Source of the DNA: an uncultured virus (IMG/VR IMGVR_UViG_3300043105_000228)
Lineage: Duplodnaviria; Heunggongvirae; Uroviricota; Caudoviricetes
Virus record (IMG/VR): IMGVR_UViG_3300043105_000228
Reading direction: 5' to 3' (one strand)
DNA length: 64,000 nt
A model generated the notes under the pieces. The model ran no database searches. It was given only the letters and a program-made list of their open reading frames with translations, and was not told the origin of the DNA. This document shows, piece by piece, positions 46,961-56,523 of the stretch (positions are counted from its first letter, which is position 1; each line of letters begins with the position of its first letter). A program made the position numbers and the translations under genes.

Positions 46961-48982
46961 TTAATCTTCGTCAACACCTTGTAGTGCTTTGACAGGCTCC
47001 ATTGAAATCTCTTCTTCAAAGAATGAATCTATAAATGAAGTTGAGTTTCTTGTTTCTAGGTCATAACGTAGGAGTTGTCGCATGAGTTGCTCGTAAATCA
47101 TTCCTAATGTAGGTGATGCATTCTCCTCAATGCATTTACCGAGTGAATAGAAATGACAAGCTGGACGTTTACGACCAGCAAAGTTTGGTCTCATTTTAAC
47201 ATTACCCGGTTGCCTACATATTCTGTTAAGGATGATTTCACAAGCGGTTATATTGAGCTTAAGCCCAGCCTCTACGAATAAGTCGAAGATCTTCTGGGCA
47301 ATAGTTTCGATTTCATCATCTGGAAGTCCCTTATTTTCCAAATCAATCAAACTCATTATCTCCCTGAATGGCTTCGTAGCATCATTATTCTCAATACTAA
47401 TTTCGAATAATGGGCATTCTTCGGGCAAATCTTTGAATGATACCTGCCCCTTAACAAGTATTTCGTTTAGCTCCGTCCTTATGAAAATCTTTTTGTTACT
47501 CTCTGAATATATTTCGTCATCTTCTCCAGTCTTGTTATTATGAATAATAAATCTACCAGTATCAATATAGGTATTATACGTGGTTTCATTATCAAATTCG
47601 TCGATTTTGAAAATATCTTCAGGATCAATGATTATATCATAATCTTTACCCTTGGCTAACATCTCATCTTTGAGATAGATTTCGTCTCCTTGTAGGTCAA
47701 AATACTTATCAAATGCATCTGACCACTTTATTACCTCAGGTATAGGATGGATAAGATGCTTTGTTGACAAAGCATTTTGCTCGATACTCTTTGAGTATTC
47801 TTCTGTAATGAATGTCGCAAAGCCTTCTGCGATATCCCAGTTCAAATTAATAATTTCACCTGCACAAGTTGCACAGATTTCGTTCTCTCCACAACAGCAT
47901 GTAATGGCTGATCTTATAGGAACTACATGTCCTATTAGTCTTGTGTCTTTCTTAGTAATCATATGGAGGTCGTCACCTTCCACCATATATTTACCTACTA
48001 CTCTATCAAGATGCTTTGATGTCTTTATGTCGTAATAAACTGGATGTCTACTACCACAATCTAATTTTGTCGTAGATACTTCAAGAGTACGACAAATGAT
48101 GTTTAATCCCTTGATAAAGTAACCGATTATTCCTGTATCCTTATTATTTACGACCATAGGAATACGTGATGCCAATGCGTCAATGTATTTATCTGATGGA
48201 TCTTTAAGAGCACCCATGATAAGACCATTGTTAATTGGCTTTGCAATAACATCACCCGCAATTGTAGGTCGAAGTGATACAGTACAAAGTAATTCTCGAA
48301 GCTGTTTAATCTTTAGTGGATTTCCACCTTCAATTATCTGGTGGAATGGATTTGATTTGTCTGCTCTAATTCTAGCAAGCAATTCTTTTTCAATTCTTAC
48401 ATTTTCAGCTTCTATTTCATCTGGTTGCATGTTGCTGTAATCTTTAGGCTGCAACAAGTCACCGTAATTATCGTACATGTAGAATATGGTTGCATCTGAA
48501 AAATGCAATCCCATAATTAATCCAAAGTAAACACTAATCGATGATAAATCATGCACAATATCAGCAGCGTATTGCTCAACTTTTCGCATCTCTACTGAAT
48601 TTTCAATCAGTGGGTCAAGAGATATATCGAAAATTTTATCGTTGATATTTTTAATATCTTCTTCGTGCAGTATCGAATTTTCATCAAAGGCGTGTATCCC
48701 CGGTAATTCTACCATTGTAAACCAAAGGTAGACATTATATAGAAAACGACGCAGTTCAAGCTCGTGAGTTTTCTTATCCGCCTTATAGAACTTAAATTTT
48801 ACTTTTGTTGTTACCATTTTCCCGCTGTGGAATACCCCTATTACCAAACGAGTCATCTCATCTTTAAAACTTTGATATCTGTCTTTTGTGTGCGCATATT
48901 CTTCAATTACGTAAAGAGGTTTAATTCTTTTGTGAAATTCTTCTTCAGTAAAACGCGCAGATTCTGTGTAAATATCAAACAC
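46961..48982 (-). CDS. rpoC: RNA polymerase beta-prime C-terminal subunit (probably non-virion RNAP)
   Basis: DCGS, IRSAITC...ICATCAG Zn site, trigger-loop-like EQNALSTKH, bridge-helix-like TGIIGYF; size like phiKZ gp74. Confidence 0.85.
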   Translation of the reverse strand: MFDIYTESARFTEEEFHKRIKPLYVIEEYAHTKDRYQSFKDEMTRLVIGVFHSGKMVTTKVKFKFYKADKKTHELELRRFLYNVYLWFTMVELPGIHAFDENSILHEEDIKNINDKIFDISLDPLIENSVEMRKVEQYAADIVHDLSSISVYFGLIMGLHFSDATIFYMYDNYGDLLQPKDYSNMQPDEIEAENVRIEKELLARIRADKSNPFHQIIEGGNPLKIKQLRELLCTVSLRPTIAGDVIAKPINNGLIMGALKDPSDKYIDALASRIPMVVNNKDTGIIGYFIKGLNIICRTLEVSTTKLDCGSRHPVYYDIKTSKHLDRVVGKYMVEGDDLHMITKKDTRLIGHVVPIRSAITCCCGENEICATCAGEIINLNWDIAEGFATFITEEYSKSIEQNALSTKHLIHPIPEVIKWSDAFDKYFDLQGDEIYLKDEMLAKGKDYDIIIDPEDIFKIDEFDNETTYNTYIDTGRFIIHNNKTGEDDEIYSESNKKIFIRTELNEILVKGQVSFKDLPEECPLFEISIENNDATKPFREIMSLIDLENKGLPDDEIETIAQKIFDLFVEAGLKLNITACEIILNRICRQPGNVKMRPNFAGRKRPACHFYSLGKCIEENASPTLGMIYEQLMRQLLRYDLETRNSTSFIDSFFEEEISMEPVKALQGVDED

Positions 48983-49049
48983 CTCTTACACCTCCTGTTA
49001 AAAAATAGGGATGATGGATTTCACCATCCCTATTCCGTTTTAGTCTAGT

Positions 49050-49943
49050 CTAAATAACACGCATTCCGTTGCCTTCGTCACCATTCAGTATTCTTGTCAT
49101 TTCTCCATTAAATGAAGTTAACAAGGTTGGTTCTGTTGTAGAGAATGTTAATCTCTTTAAGCATGAATGCTTGCCTTCAGTTAGACTTGCAGCCCACTTA
49201 TGTGCAGCTACATATGGATCACGGAAGAATTCTTTCCATAGAGGAACATGTGCTGAACCTACACCAAAGTTATCAAAGATTGATACTACGTCTGTTGTGA
49301 ATGCCTTTGTCCAATCATCAATTGCCTCGTCTGAAGACTTCTTAGCCTTCTTAAGTGACTTAGATGATACATTTGACACTGTGATTAGGACATCAAACAA
49401 ACTTGGAGTTGTCACCTCATTCTTCTTTACATTCTCATGGAACATAAGAAGATTTGGTATTCTGATAACAAACATGTTTCCGCCGTCGTCATCGTTAGCC
49501 CATTCCTTTAACTTCTTCCATGTCTTCTTTGGTAGCTCATCAATAACCAATGCAATATTGGTATTTCTCGATAATGCTCTTATAACTGCATCCAGTCTTT
49601 CATCCTCGAAGATATCATCTGCTGAGTCTCTAAGTAGTGGGACGACTAATGTCTGCTTTACGCCCTGTGATTTAAATCCGAGCTCATACAGACTATAGAT
49701 GCTATCTGTGTAGCATGTTGTGATTGCCAAATATGGCAAATCTGGCTGATTCTCTGCTGACTCTGTTACTGAAACTGGTATCATTGCATTTATACTGCAA
49801 GATGTAGTCTTTTCAACTGAATCATCAATAGCCTCTGCCAATGTCTTTGGTTCTGTCCAACCTATTGGCTGAACATTGATTTTCTTTTTGTTGTCATCCA
49901 ATGCATTAGTGAATGACTTGTCTTTGTCTTTTTTCTTTCCCAT
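49050..49943 (-). CDS. Degenerate microbial-type PARG (DUF2263/TIGR02452-like) macrodomain protein
   Basis: ALSRNT, IRIPNLLMFH...PSLFDVLIT and FFRDPYVAA...LKRLTFS align by eye to the family (LCR.S, IYSP.V.VFR...P...DVIT, FRNDP..VA...FK.IVFA), but GGG..QEE is absent. Confidence 0.45.
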   Translation of the reverse strand: MGKKKDKDKSFTNALDDNKKKINVQPIGWTEPKTLAEAIDDSVEKTTSCSINAMIPVSVTESAENQPDLPYLAITTCYTDSIYSLYELGFKSQGVKQTLVVPLLRDSADDIFEDERLDAVIRALSRNTNIALVIDELPKKTWKKLKEWANDDDGGNMFVIRIPNLLMFHENVKKNEVTTPSLFDVLITVSNVSSKSLKKAKKSSDEAIDDWTKAFTTDVVSIFDNFGVGSAHVPLWKEFFRDPYVAAHKWAASLTEGKHSCLKRLTFSTTEPTLLTSFNGEMTRILNGDEGNGMRVI

Positions 49944-49996
49944 TTTTTAAAAATCCTCCTATTTTAGGTTATATTTCCGTTGCTTGGTAAATAAAA

Positions 49997-50476
49997 TTAT
50001 AAAACCGTATCACCAAACAACATCATGAATACCATGAAACTATCAAATGATATATATTCATTTTTGTTTTTGACTGCACACTCGTGCATAAACAAAACGG
50101 CATCCATGATTTCTTCTTCAAAAGCATTCATAAAAGTGCTTCTAGAGAACTCGTTTAAAGTATCAAACATCTTGTCACACGTTTCTTCAATCTTCATATT
50201 TTCATATGTTGTAGTGACAAAAGATAGCATCTTTTCGCCATCTACATCCCTTCCGAGATAATTAGCGAAAAGATGCTTATTGGAATTATCATTGCAGAAT
50301 TTCTTATAAGAGAAATCATCTGCACTATTCCTAATTTTAATTTTCTTTTCTTTTAATGAAAACCTTGTTGGCTTTCTGGTACTCATGAAATCTTTTGCAA
50401 GACTTTCATTTTCTGTCCAAGCATATAAATCTTTTTCTCGATTATCATAGATTAAGTATACTTTCTTTTTTACCAT
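49997..50476 (-). CDS. 159-aa hypothetical protein
   Basis: ORF coupled to the upstream gene; VYLIY...LYAWT..E.LA..F resembles the N-terminus of 59665..60108. Confidence 0.65.
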   Translation of the reverse strand: MVKKKVYLIYDNREKDLYAWTENESLAKDFMSTRKPTRFSLKEKKIKIRNSADDFSYKKFCNDNSNKHLFANYLGRDVDGEKMLSFVTTTYENMKIEETCDKMFDTLNEFSRSTFMNAFEEEIMDAVLFMHECAVKNKNEYISFDSFMVFMMLFGDTVL

Positions 50477-50736
50477 TTAGGTGCACCACCATCTCTAGCT
50501 TCTCTTTCGATTGTATCTTTAAATACTTCTACCATTGATGGTTTCAATATACCTTCGGTTTCACCTTTTCGTAATTTCTTAATCACTTTATCAAGCTTCT
50601 TCATACACTTCTTATATCGCTTCTCAGATATACCCTCAACTACTACACATATTTGATGTGCTCGGATATAATACTCTAATGAATCTGCGATATAGTTTAA
50701 TGCTTGCTGACTAAGCTCGCCTTCTTCTTTTGCCAT
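50470..50736 (-). CDS. ~88-aa hypothetical protein
   Basis: SD AAAGGAGG, early-type motif upstream. Confidence 0.65.
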   Translation of the reverse strand: MAKEEGELSQQALNYIADSLEYYIRAHQICVVVEGISEKRYKKCMKKLDKVIKKLRKGETEGILKPSMVEVFKDTIEREARDGGAPKW

Positions 50737-50783
50737 GTTGTAAACCTCCTTTCTTACCACTGGTCAATTTGATAATATATCAG

Positions 50784-51236
50784 TTAGTCAAAAAAGGAAT
50801 TTGACCTAAGCTCGTTTAGTCGTTCCTGTCTCTTATTATCAAGAGCTTTCATGAATGCATTATAATGATGATTGAAATTCGATGTCATCCTGATGTATAA
50901 AAGCTGAGCTTTATCATCAAGACTATTCCTAGACTCGATAACATGTATCACGAAATCATAGGTATCAGTATAATTTTCAATCATAATTTTTACGCATCTA
51001 TTGAATTTATCATCATCACCTATAAGGTCAATTGCTGATAATAAATCTTTTTGTAGTCTATCCGACTTATCATAGAAGTCAGTTAGTGCGTCAGCAAATT
51101 GCTTAATATTTTTACTCTTTGCAACAGTATCTGGAACTGTAAATGCAATACCATATTTAGCATCTGACTTACGCTTTATCATATTCGCTTTATGCGAATT
51201 CTTTTCAGTTGCTTCGGTCCTCTGGGTTTCTTCCAT
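50784..51236 (-). CDS. ~150-aa helical hypothetical (tandem paralog 3)
   Basis: Shares the I..F...(L/V)..(F/Y)Y...L pattern with the two neighbours. Confidence 0.6.
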   Translation of the reverse strand: MEETQRTEATEKNSHKANMIKRKSDAKYGIAFTVPDTVAKSKNIKQFADALTDFYDKSDRLQKDLLSAIDLIGDDDKFNRCVKIMIENYTDTYDFVIHVIESRNSLDDKAQLLYIRMTSNFNHHYNAFMKALDNKRQERLNELRSNSFFD

Positions 51237-51246
51237 ATTCAATTCC

Positions 51247-51669
51247 TTAATCATCAATAGTAATGCCAGACAATTCTTTGGCATTAGCGTTAATAAAGCA
51301 TTTTACTGTAATTTTGAGCTCGCCGTATTTAATATTACCAACACGGAGTTTCTCATCAATGTCGTCATGTTTCTGGATAAGATTAATCAAGTAAGTATAT
51401 GAGTCGTTATATGCTCCAATGAAGTTGTTAACCTTTCGTGCTCTTTCAGCAGTATCTATATTGTGAATCATTATATCAAGTATATCCTGAATCTTGCAAT
51501 AAAGCTCATAATACTTATTTACCATTGATGAAAATTCAAGTACTTTGTCATTCATCAATAAGCATTTTTCTTTGCTCCCAGCAATTGCCCATTTCGCACC
51601 AGATATTAATGCATCTGCGTGCAGTTTTTGAAATTCTTCTGGATTATATATGTCAGTCAATTGTAACAC
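51247..51669 (-). CDS. 140-aa helical hypothetical (tandem paralog 2)
   Basis: ALI.G.K..I...ND.V..F...V..YY.L...I...LD. Confidence 0.6.
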   Translation of the reverse strand: MLQLTDIYNPEEFQKLHADALISGAKWAIAGSKEKCLLMNDKVLEFSSMVNKYYELYCKIQDILDIMIHNIDTAERARKVNNFIGAYNDSYTYLINLIQKHDDIDEKLRVGNIKYGELKITVKCFINANAKELSGITIDD

Positions 51670-52075
51670 CCGCTTTCTGTTCAGTTAGGAATTCAATATC
51701 CTTTAAATAAGCTTCATAAATTGCAACTAAATCTTTGAAATCTTGGGTAAGAATATTAGTCCTATATAATAATGACCCTTGAGTTTCAACATCTTTCCTG
51801 AACTTAGCACGTTCAGTAGCATATGTAGTTAGCATCTGATCGATTATCTTAGCATGTGCAGCATCTGTGCATATTGCAATATCGTCATCCAGTTGTCCAT
51901 TGATGACTTCAAATAAATCATAATATGCAGTAACTGCATCTATGTATGCTTTAATCTGATCATTTTCTACTTTATATGCTGGTAAGATTTCGATAATTTT
52001 AGCTTTAGTACCCACAATAAGTGCTTGCTGGCGTATTCCTTCACGCTCTTCGTGATCCATAAACATAAAATCCAC
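51653..52075 (-). CDS. 140-aa helical hypothetical (tandem paralog 1)
   Basis: ALIVGTK...NDQIKAYIDAVTAYYDLFEVINGQLD; ends GVTID versus GITIDD in paralog 2. Confidence 0.6.
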   Translation of the reverse strand: MDFMFMDHEEREGIRQQALIVGTKAKIIEILPAYKVENDQIKAYIDAVTAYYDLFEVINGQLDDDIAICTDAAHAKIIDQMLTTYATERAKFRKDVETQGSLLYRTNILTQDFKDLVAIYEAYLKDIEFLTEQKAGVTID

Positions 52076-52132
52076 CCTTCCATTATTTTATTTGGTAATA
52101 AAAAGTATCTCATAAATTAAAAAAATTCCCTT

Positions 52133-52389
52133 AAAAGGAGAGCCGCTACATTACGGCTCTCCTATACAATAAGGATTCTTAAGGATTTGGGTTTAATATG
52201 TCATCCAAAAACGTTGCTGTTCGCCCGCATATTGCTTGGGTTCTGCACCGTGATGTTAAGGCACCATCAACGGGGAGAGTGTCGATATAAGGTGCCAAAA
52301 CATCAAGATGATATGCTTTATGGCGAATAATAAGCTAAGTACCATCCTTAGCTTTGGAGGAAGTGTGTGGACTCACACTTTTGTCCTCT
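52133..52389 (-). ncRNA. Candidate multi-branched structured RNA E (~257 nt)
   Basis: Promoter AACT-TTATGA-TA (52400..52389); nested stems UUCGCC/GGCGAA, GCAUAU/AUAUGC, UGAUGUU/AACAUCA, GGCACC/GGUGCC, AUCGAC/GUUGAU (G.U on minus); terminator GGAGAGCCG/CGGCUCUCC-UUUU. Confidence 0.65.
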
Positions 52390-52412
52390 ATCATAAAGTT
52401 TGTGGATTGGTT

Positions 52413-53093
52413 TTAAACTTTGGACTGTAATACTTTATCAATCTCTTCCCAATTATCCTCAACCTTAATGTCGTCAAAGATAATAGGTATCTTTTCCTGA
52501 AATTCTTTCAAGAGAGGAACCATTATCTGCCTCATCTGAGGATGTGCTGCTGGAGCCGTTCTTAAATCAAGAATATGTCGCCATTCTCTGAAATTAGCTG
52601 TAACACATATCTCTGTCTTTGTACTATTTGGAAGAACGTCTCTAGCTATCTGGGCTTTTACACCAGCGTTAATCATCGCAAAATAACGCTTTTCAGCATA
52701 AGCCATCGCTTTCTTCCACTCTTTAAAAGCTACTGGATCCATCTCTACAGCATGTGCTGGTGACACAAATGTAATTGACTCACCAAATTTCTCACTTGAA
52801 TAGTTGCAGTATCTAGTAGATTCCTGAGCAAAGTTAGCCAATCTATGTCTAACTATCTCATGTGATACTCCTCTATCTGTGATAAACTTCACTGAAATAT
52901 AGCACATCTCTAGCATGGCTTCGTGATTCTTTGTTAATAGCATCTTTATTAACTTCTTAGCACTCTCGCCATCTTCTGTGATTTTATCTTCAGACTTATA
53001 GCAAACTCTTGCTATCTTTTCGATATGTTTAAGCATATCTATTGGGTGTGATAAATCAGTTAATATTTCATAACTAGGTTCAATGATTATCAT
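52413..53093 (-). CDS. thyX: Flavin-dependent thymidylate synthase
   Basis: HEAMLE, RGVSHEIVRHR, QESTRY, ARDVLP, NFREWRH, AHPQMR. Confidence 0.95.
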   Translation of the reverse strand: MIIIEPSYEILTDLSHPIDMLKHIEKIARVCYKSEDKITEDGESAKKLIKMLLTKNHEAMLEMCYISVKFITDRGVSHEIVRHRLANFAQESTRYCNYSSEKFGESITFVSPAHAVEMDPVAFKEWKKAMAYAEKRYFAMINAGVKAQIARDVLPNSTKTEICVTANFREWRHILDLRTAPAAHPQMRQIMVPLLKEFQEKIPIIFDDIKVEDNWEEIDKVLQSKV

Positions 53094-53107
53094 TTAAAAT
53101 CCTCCTA

Positions 53108-53491
53108 TTAAAAATTAATTTCGTCAAATCTAAGGTGTACTGTCTGATATACATCTGTAAATTCGCCTATGTTACAATCAAATACTTTATCGCCAGTAAG
53201 AACTCTTGTTGCTATTGCTTTTAACACAGGAATATTGGTATTTCTGGTAAGGTCTTCAATGAGCCAATCAGGAGTGTGTATATCTAGAATAATAAACTTG
53301 CAATTATTCTCTGATACGGCTTTGACAATATCGTGATATGAGTGTACCTCATATAGTCTGATATGACTTATGAGAAATTTACCTCCGCAATGCTTTCGTA
53401 AATCTTCTCGTTGATCATATCTAATATCTACATCAGATACCCATAATACTCGTGTAACATCGTCATTTTGACTTTGTTCAATATTGCTCAT
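53108..53491 (-). CDS. 127-aa hypothetical alpha/beta protein
   Basis: SD AAAGGGGG. Confidence 0.65.
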   Translation of the reverse strand: MSNIEQSQNDDVTRVLWVSDVDIRYDQREDLRKHCGGKFLISHIRLYEVHSYHDIVKAVSENNCKFIILDIHTPDWLIEDLTRNTNIPVLKAIATRVLTGDKVFDCNIGEFTDVYQTVHLRFDEINF

Positions 53492-53609
53492 GATCGTGCG
53501 TCCCCCTTTCCTTTAAAGGAAAGTGCTTTTTAAATTCCTGCATCAAAAATATAGAAAAAAGAATTGGATGAATTAACATCCAATTCCTTTCTTTTTAATG
53601 CACACCGAA

Positions 53610-54113
53610 CTATCGGTTTACCTGCCAAGAAGCATAAGCAGATGATTTTACCTTATCTTTCTTATTGCCTTTCTTCTTCTTTACAGATTCTTCCTTTTCT
53701 GCAACCTTTCTAAGATTCTTGTACACCTTGCCAAATCCATCCAATCTGAGATTGAATTCTGCAACTTCCTGAACGGTCTTCTTATCCGCATTAGTTGCTG
53801 CTGCCATCATCTTAGCCTGACTTGCTACCATCTTAATTGGATTATATGCCTTGTCGTATGCTTGATCGTCGTAGAACTGATTAGCAAACTTCTCCTTACA
53901 AATCTGGCACTGACACTCTTTACCGTGAACATCAATCTTAGCTTTAACTTTGTTACCCTTCTTATTTAACATATGGTGAGGGCAAATACTTCTCAAAGCT
54001 TTTGTCTCTTTCTTGGAATTCCCTTTCAGTCTTCCCTTCTTGTCAACATGCTGTGTGACAACCTTTACGGTATCAACACCAGTTAAATCGTAGATATCTC
54101 TCTTCTGTCCCAT
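53610..54113 (-). CDS. 167-aa basic protein with CPH...CxxC putative Zn site
   Basis: SD AGGAGG; terminator downstream. Confidence 0.7.
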   Translation of the reverse strand: MGQKRDIYDLTGVDTVKVVTQHVDKKGRLKGNSKKETKALRSICPHHMLNKKGNKVKAKIDVHGKECQCQICKEKFANQFYDDQAYDKAYNPIKMVASQAKMMAAATNADKKTVQEVAEFNLRLDGFGKVYKNLRKVAEKEESVKKKKGNKKDKVKSSAYASWQVNR

Positions 54114-54200
54114 TTTAATTCCTCCTATTTATTTTATTTTCAATTAAACGTGGGTACGTCTTTTATGTGTCAGTTAAATTATATATAACTAATCACAACA

Positions 54201-55358
54201 TTAAAATTTGTTGGTTATAAATGGAAATACTTTTCCTTCTTTAGTAATTCTATTGACATATCTGATATGTGCACTCTTCCTGAACTCTAATGGAAGCAAT
54301 GCACTATCATGCATCAATATTGTAAGTGCACGCACTGGTACACCAAATCGCCATACAAAAGTATCCTGCCAGAAATCTGTAAGTCTGCTTGTATATTCGC
54401 CAGCCATATAATTCTGAGCTGCAGGAATCTTTACTATGTTGATATCATGTCTAGGCATGTTCATCGGAACATCACCATTTACAAAATCCCACTTGCCGTC
54501 CTTATCAACTACCTCGTAAGTATTGATATTTGCACCATATCCTTTTAGATGTGGATAATTCTCAAGAGCTGCTTTTACCATCTCTTTTGCATTGTCTAAA
54601 TCCTTTGTGCAAAGGACGATATTAGAAGGAGCAAATCCTGACTTCTTTGGCATTACTGGATAAATCACATTGCCATGCTCCATCTTCTTAAATGTAGCAG
54701 TAGACTTTGGAGAATTGATTCCTGATGTTATTGATAATTCTGACTTAGATGCAGGAATCTCAATTCTTATATACTGCTTACTGCTAAGCTCAATACCCTC
54801 AATTGTAATATATGAAGTTGATGAATACAGGGCTGCTACAAATCCGTTTATTCCGCCGCGATACCAACTATCAATAACTGTAGTTGCACCATATACCTTT
54901 AATGGAATAAATACTCGTGGATTAAAGTCCACAAAAATAATACTCTGTATACCCTGTACATCATATGGTGTTGTTGATCCAAGTACTAGTCTATTTGTAT
55001 CAGCTATTATCATACCAGCATTGCTCTGATCAGTAATAACTTCAAACTCTCTAGCACCATCTATTGTGATATCTGCAGACAATCTTGATACTCCAAGGTT
55101 ATCCGAAATCTCATTGCTGATATAGCTGTTATCCTCGCATTTTGCTACGTGTATCTTTTCTGGCATTGCCTGTTGCTCGCCTTCTAGATTAAATCGTAAA
55201 TATCTACCATTCTTTGTAGAATACCTACCTTTTCCAAGTGATGTAAATATCTCACTTTCATCGATGTTTCCGCCTAGCTGTGAATCCTGTAAATCATCTT
55301 TTGTACCTATAAAGACAAAATCAACGTATAGGCGTCCTGTTTCACTCGTTTTTTCCAT
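54201..55358 (-). CDS. 385-aa hypothetical protein
   Basis: SD AAAGGAG. Confidence 0.75.
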   Translation of the reverse strand: MEKTSETGRLYVDFVFIGTKDDLQDSQLGGNIDESEIFTSLGKGRYSTKNGRYLRFNLEGEQQAMPEKIHVAKCEDNSYISNEISDNLGVSRLSADITIDGAREFEVITDQSNAGMIIADTNRLVLGSTTPYDVQGIQSIIFVDFNPRVFIPLKVYGATTVIDSWYRGGINGFVAALYSSTSYITIEGIELSSKQYIRIEIPASKSELSITSGINSPKSTATFKKMEHGNVIYPVMPKKSGFAPSNIVLCTKDLDNAKEMVKAALENYPHLKGYGANINTYEVVDKDGKWDFVNGDVPMNMPRHDINIVKIPAAQNYMAGEYTSRLTDFWQDTFVWRFGVPVRALTILMHDSALLPLEFRKSAHIRYVNRITKEGKVFPFITNKF

Positions 55359-55436
55359 TTTAAAAATTCTCCTTTCAGTTAAGTAATGGGCTGAGTTATA
55401 ATACTTTCTCAGCCCATTTTATTTTCTATAGCCATA

Positions 55437-56414
55437 TTAGAGATATTTCTTATTCTCATCATTAGCCTGAATGAGCTCGTTTACACACCTAACAATCTTA
55501 GGGTAATCACTCTCAGGAAGTGATGACAAGTAATATCTTCTGTTGCTATCTTTACCCTGTCCATCATCGCGTCTTCTTACACGGATATAGTTCTCCAGAA
55601 TCTCACGGATCTCAGATTTACTCATATTCTCCATTGTTAAGAATACCCATGATGTGATGTCGTTAAACAACTTCTTCTGAAGTTCGTTAAACGACTTGTA
55701 GCGGTCTTTTCTTTCCTGCAATGCATATCCAATGACATACTTATAGTCTCCCTCATCAAAAAGGAATTCTATTGTCGTATCGAATGGAACTGCAAGCTCT
55801 GCACCATAGTGATAAAGTACATCAAATACTCCTCTCACTCTGCTATAGCCGCCATACTTAGCCGAATCCTTTGTAGGCATATTGGCTAATAAATCGAACG
55901 CAACGTTCTCTGGGATATTGCGTTTCTTTGCCTTCTTCATTCTCTTCTTAAGAATTACATTGGCAAGCTCGTACAACTCTGTTGGCTCTTCGTACTGATT
56001 CTCTTCTTCAGTAGCATGCTCTGCATTGTACTTCTGAATATCTGAGATAATCTCGAATAATATAATCGGGAAATACTCAATATTCTCTATTTCTTCAACC
56101 CCGAACTTATCAATGAATTTTGTTAAATACTTGATGAAATCAGGACCGAGTTCACCTGCGAATTTATCATAGCAGGCATTCTTTGTATCAGCTATCTGCT
56201 GAACGTTGGTTTTGTGACCATTCTTTAATAACCAGTCAATCGTAACTGGAAGTATTGCAATCAGACTATCGAAGTAATCCTTCTTCAATGCCTTCTTACT
56301 GTCAAAGTAGTCACCGTACTCTTTTTTGTGCTTCTTTAATGAGGCACTGGCAAATTCCTTTACTTCTGATGGAATATTGCCACCATTGTTGTTACCGTTG
56401 TGTCTTCTTGACAT
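55437..56414 (-). CDS. 325-aa hypothetical helical protein downstream of the tubulin gene
   Basis: SD AGGAGG; terminator at 55386-55418. Confidence 0.75.
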   Translation of the reverse strand: MSRRHNGNNNGGNIPSEVKEFASASLKKHKKEYGDYFDSKKALKKDYFDSLIAILPVTIDWLLKNGHKTNVQQIADTKNACYDKFAGELGPDFIKYLTKFIDKFGVEEIENIEYFPIILFEIISDIQKYNAEHATEEENQYEEPTELYELANVILKKRMKKAKKRNIPENVAFDLLANMPTKDSAKYGGYSRVRGVFDVLYHYGAELAVPFDTTIEFLFDEGDYKYVIGYALQERKDRYKSFNELQKKLFNDITSWVFLTMENMSKSEIREILENYIRVRRRDDGQGKDSNRRYYLSSLPESDYPKIVRCVNELIQANDENKKYL

Positions 56415-56523
56415 CTTTAATTCCTCCTATTTTTTATTTATGCCTGTAAATATTGCATCATTAACAGAACAAAGCATTTTACCTTTGTCCAAGATAATGC
56501 CTTGTTCTGCTACTTTTAAATAT

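Noticed and set aside
48950..48982. YTESA at the beta-prime C N-terminus as a head-protease site implying virion RNAP
   Set aside because: Single occurrence; gene context, lack of a late promoter and size fit the non-virion enzyme better.
49069..49698. 209-aa plus-strand ORF and other antisense ORFs inside long genes
   Set aside because: Fully overlap well-supported opposite-strand genes, with the Ser/Phe/Leu-rich composition typical of antisense frames.
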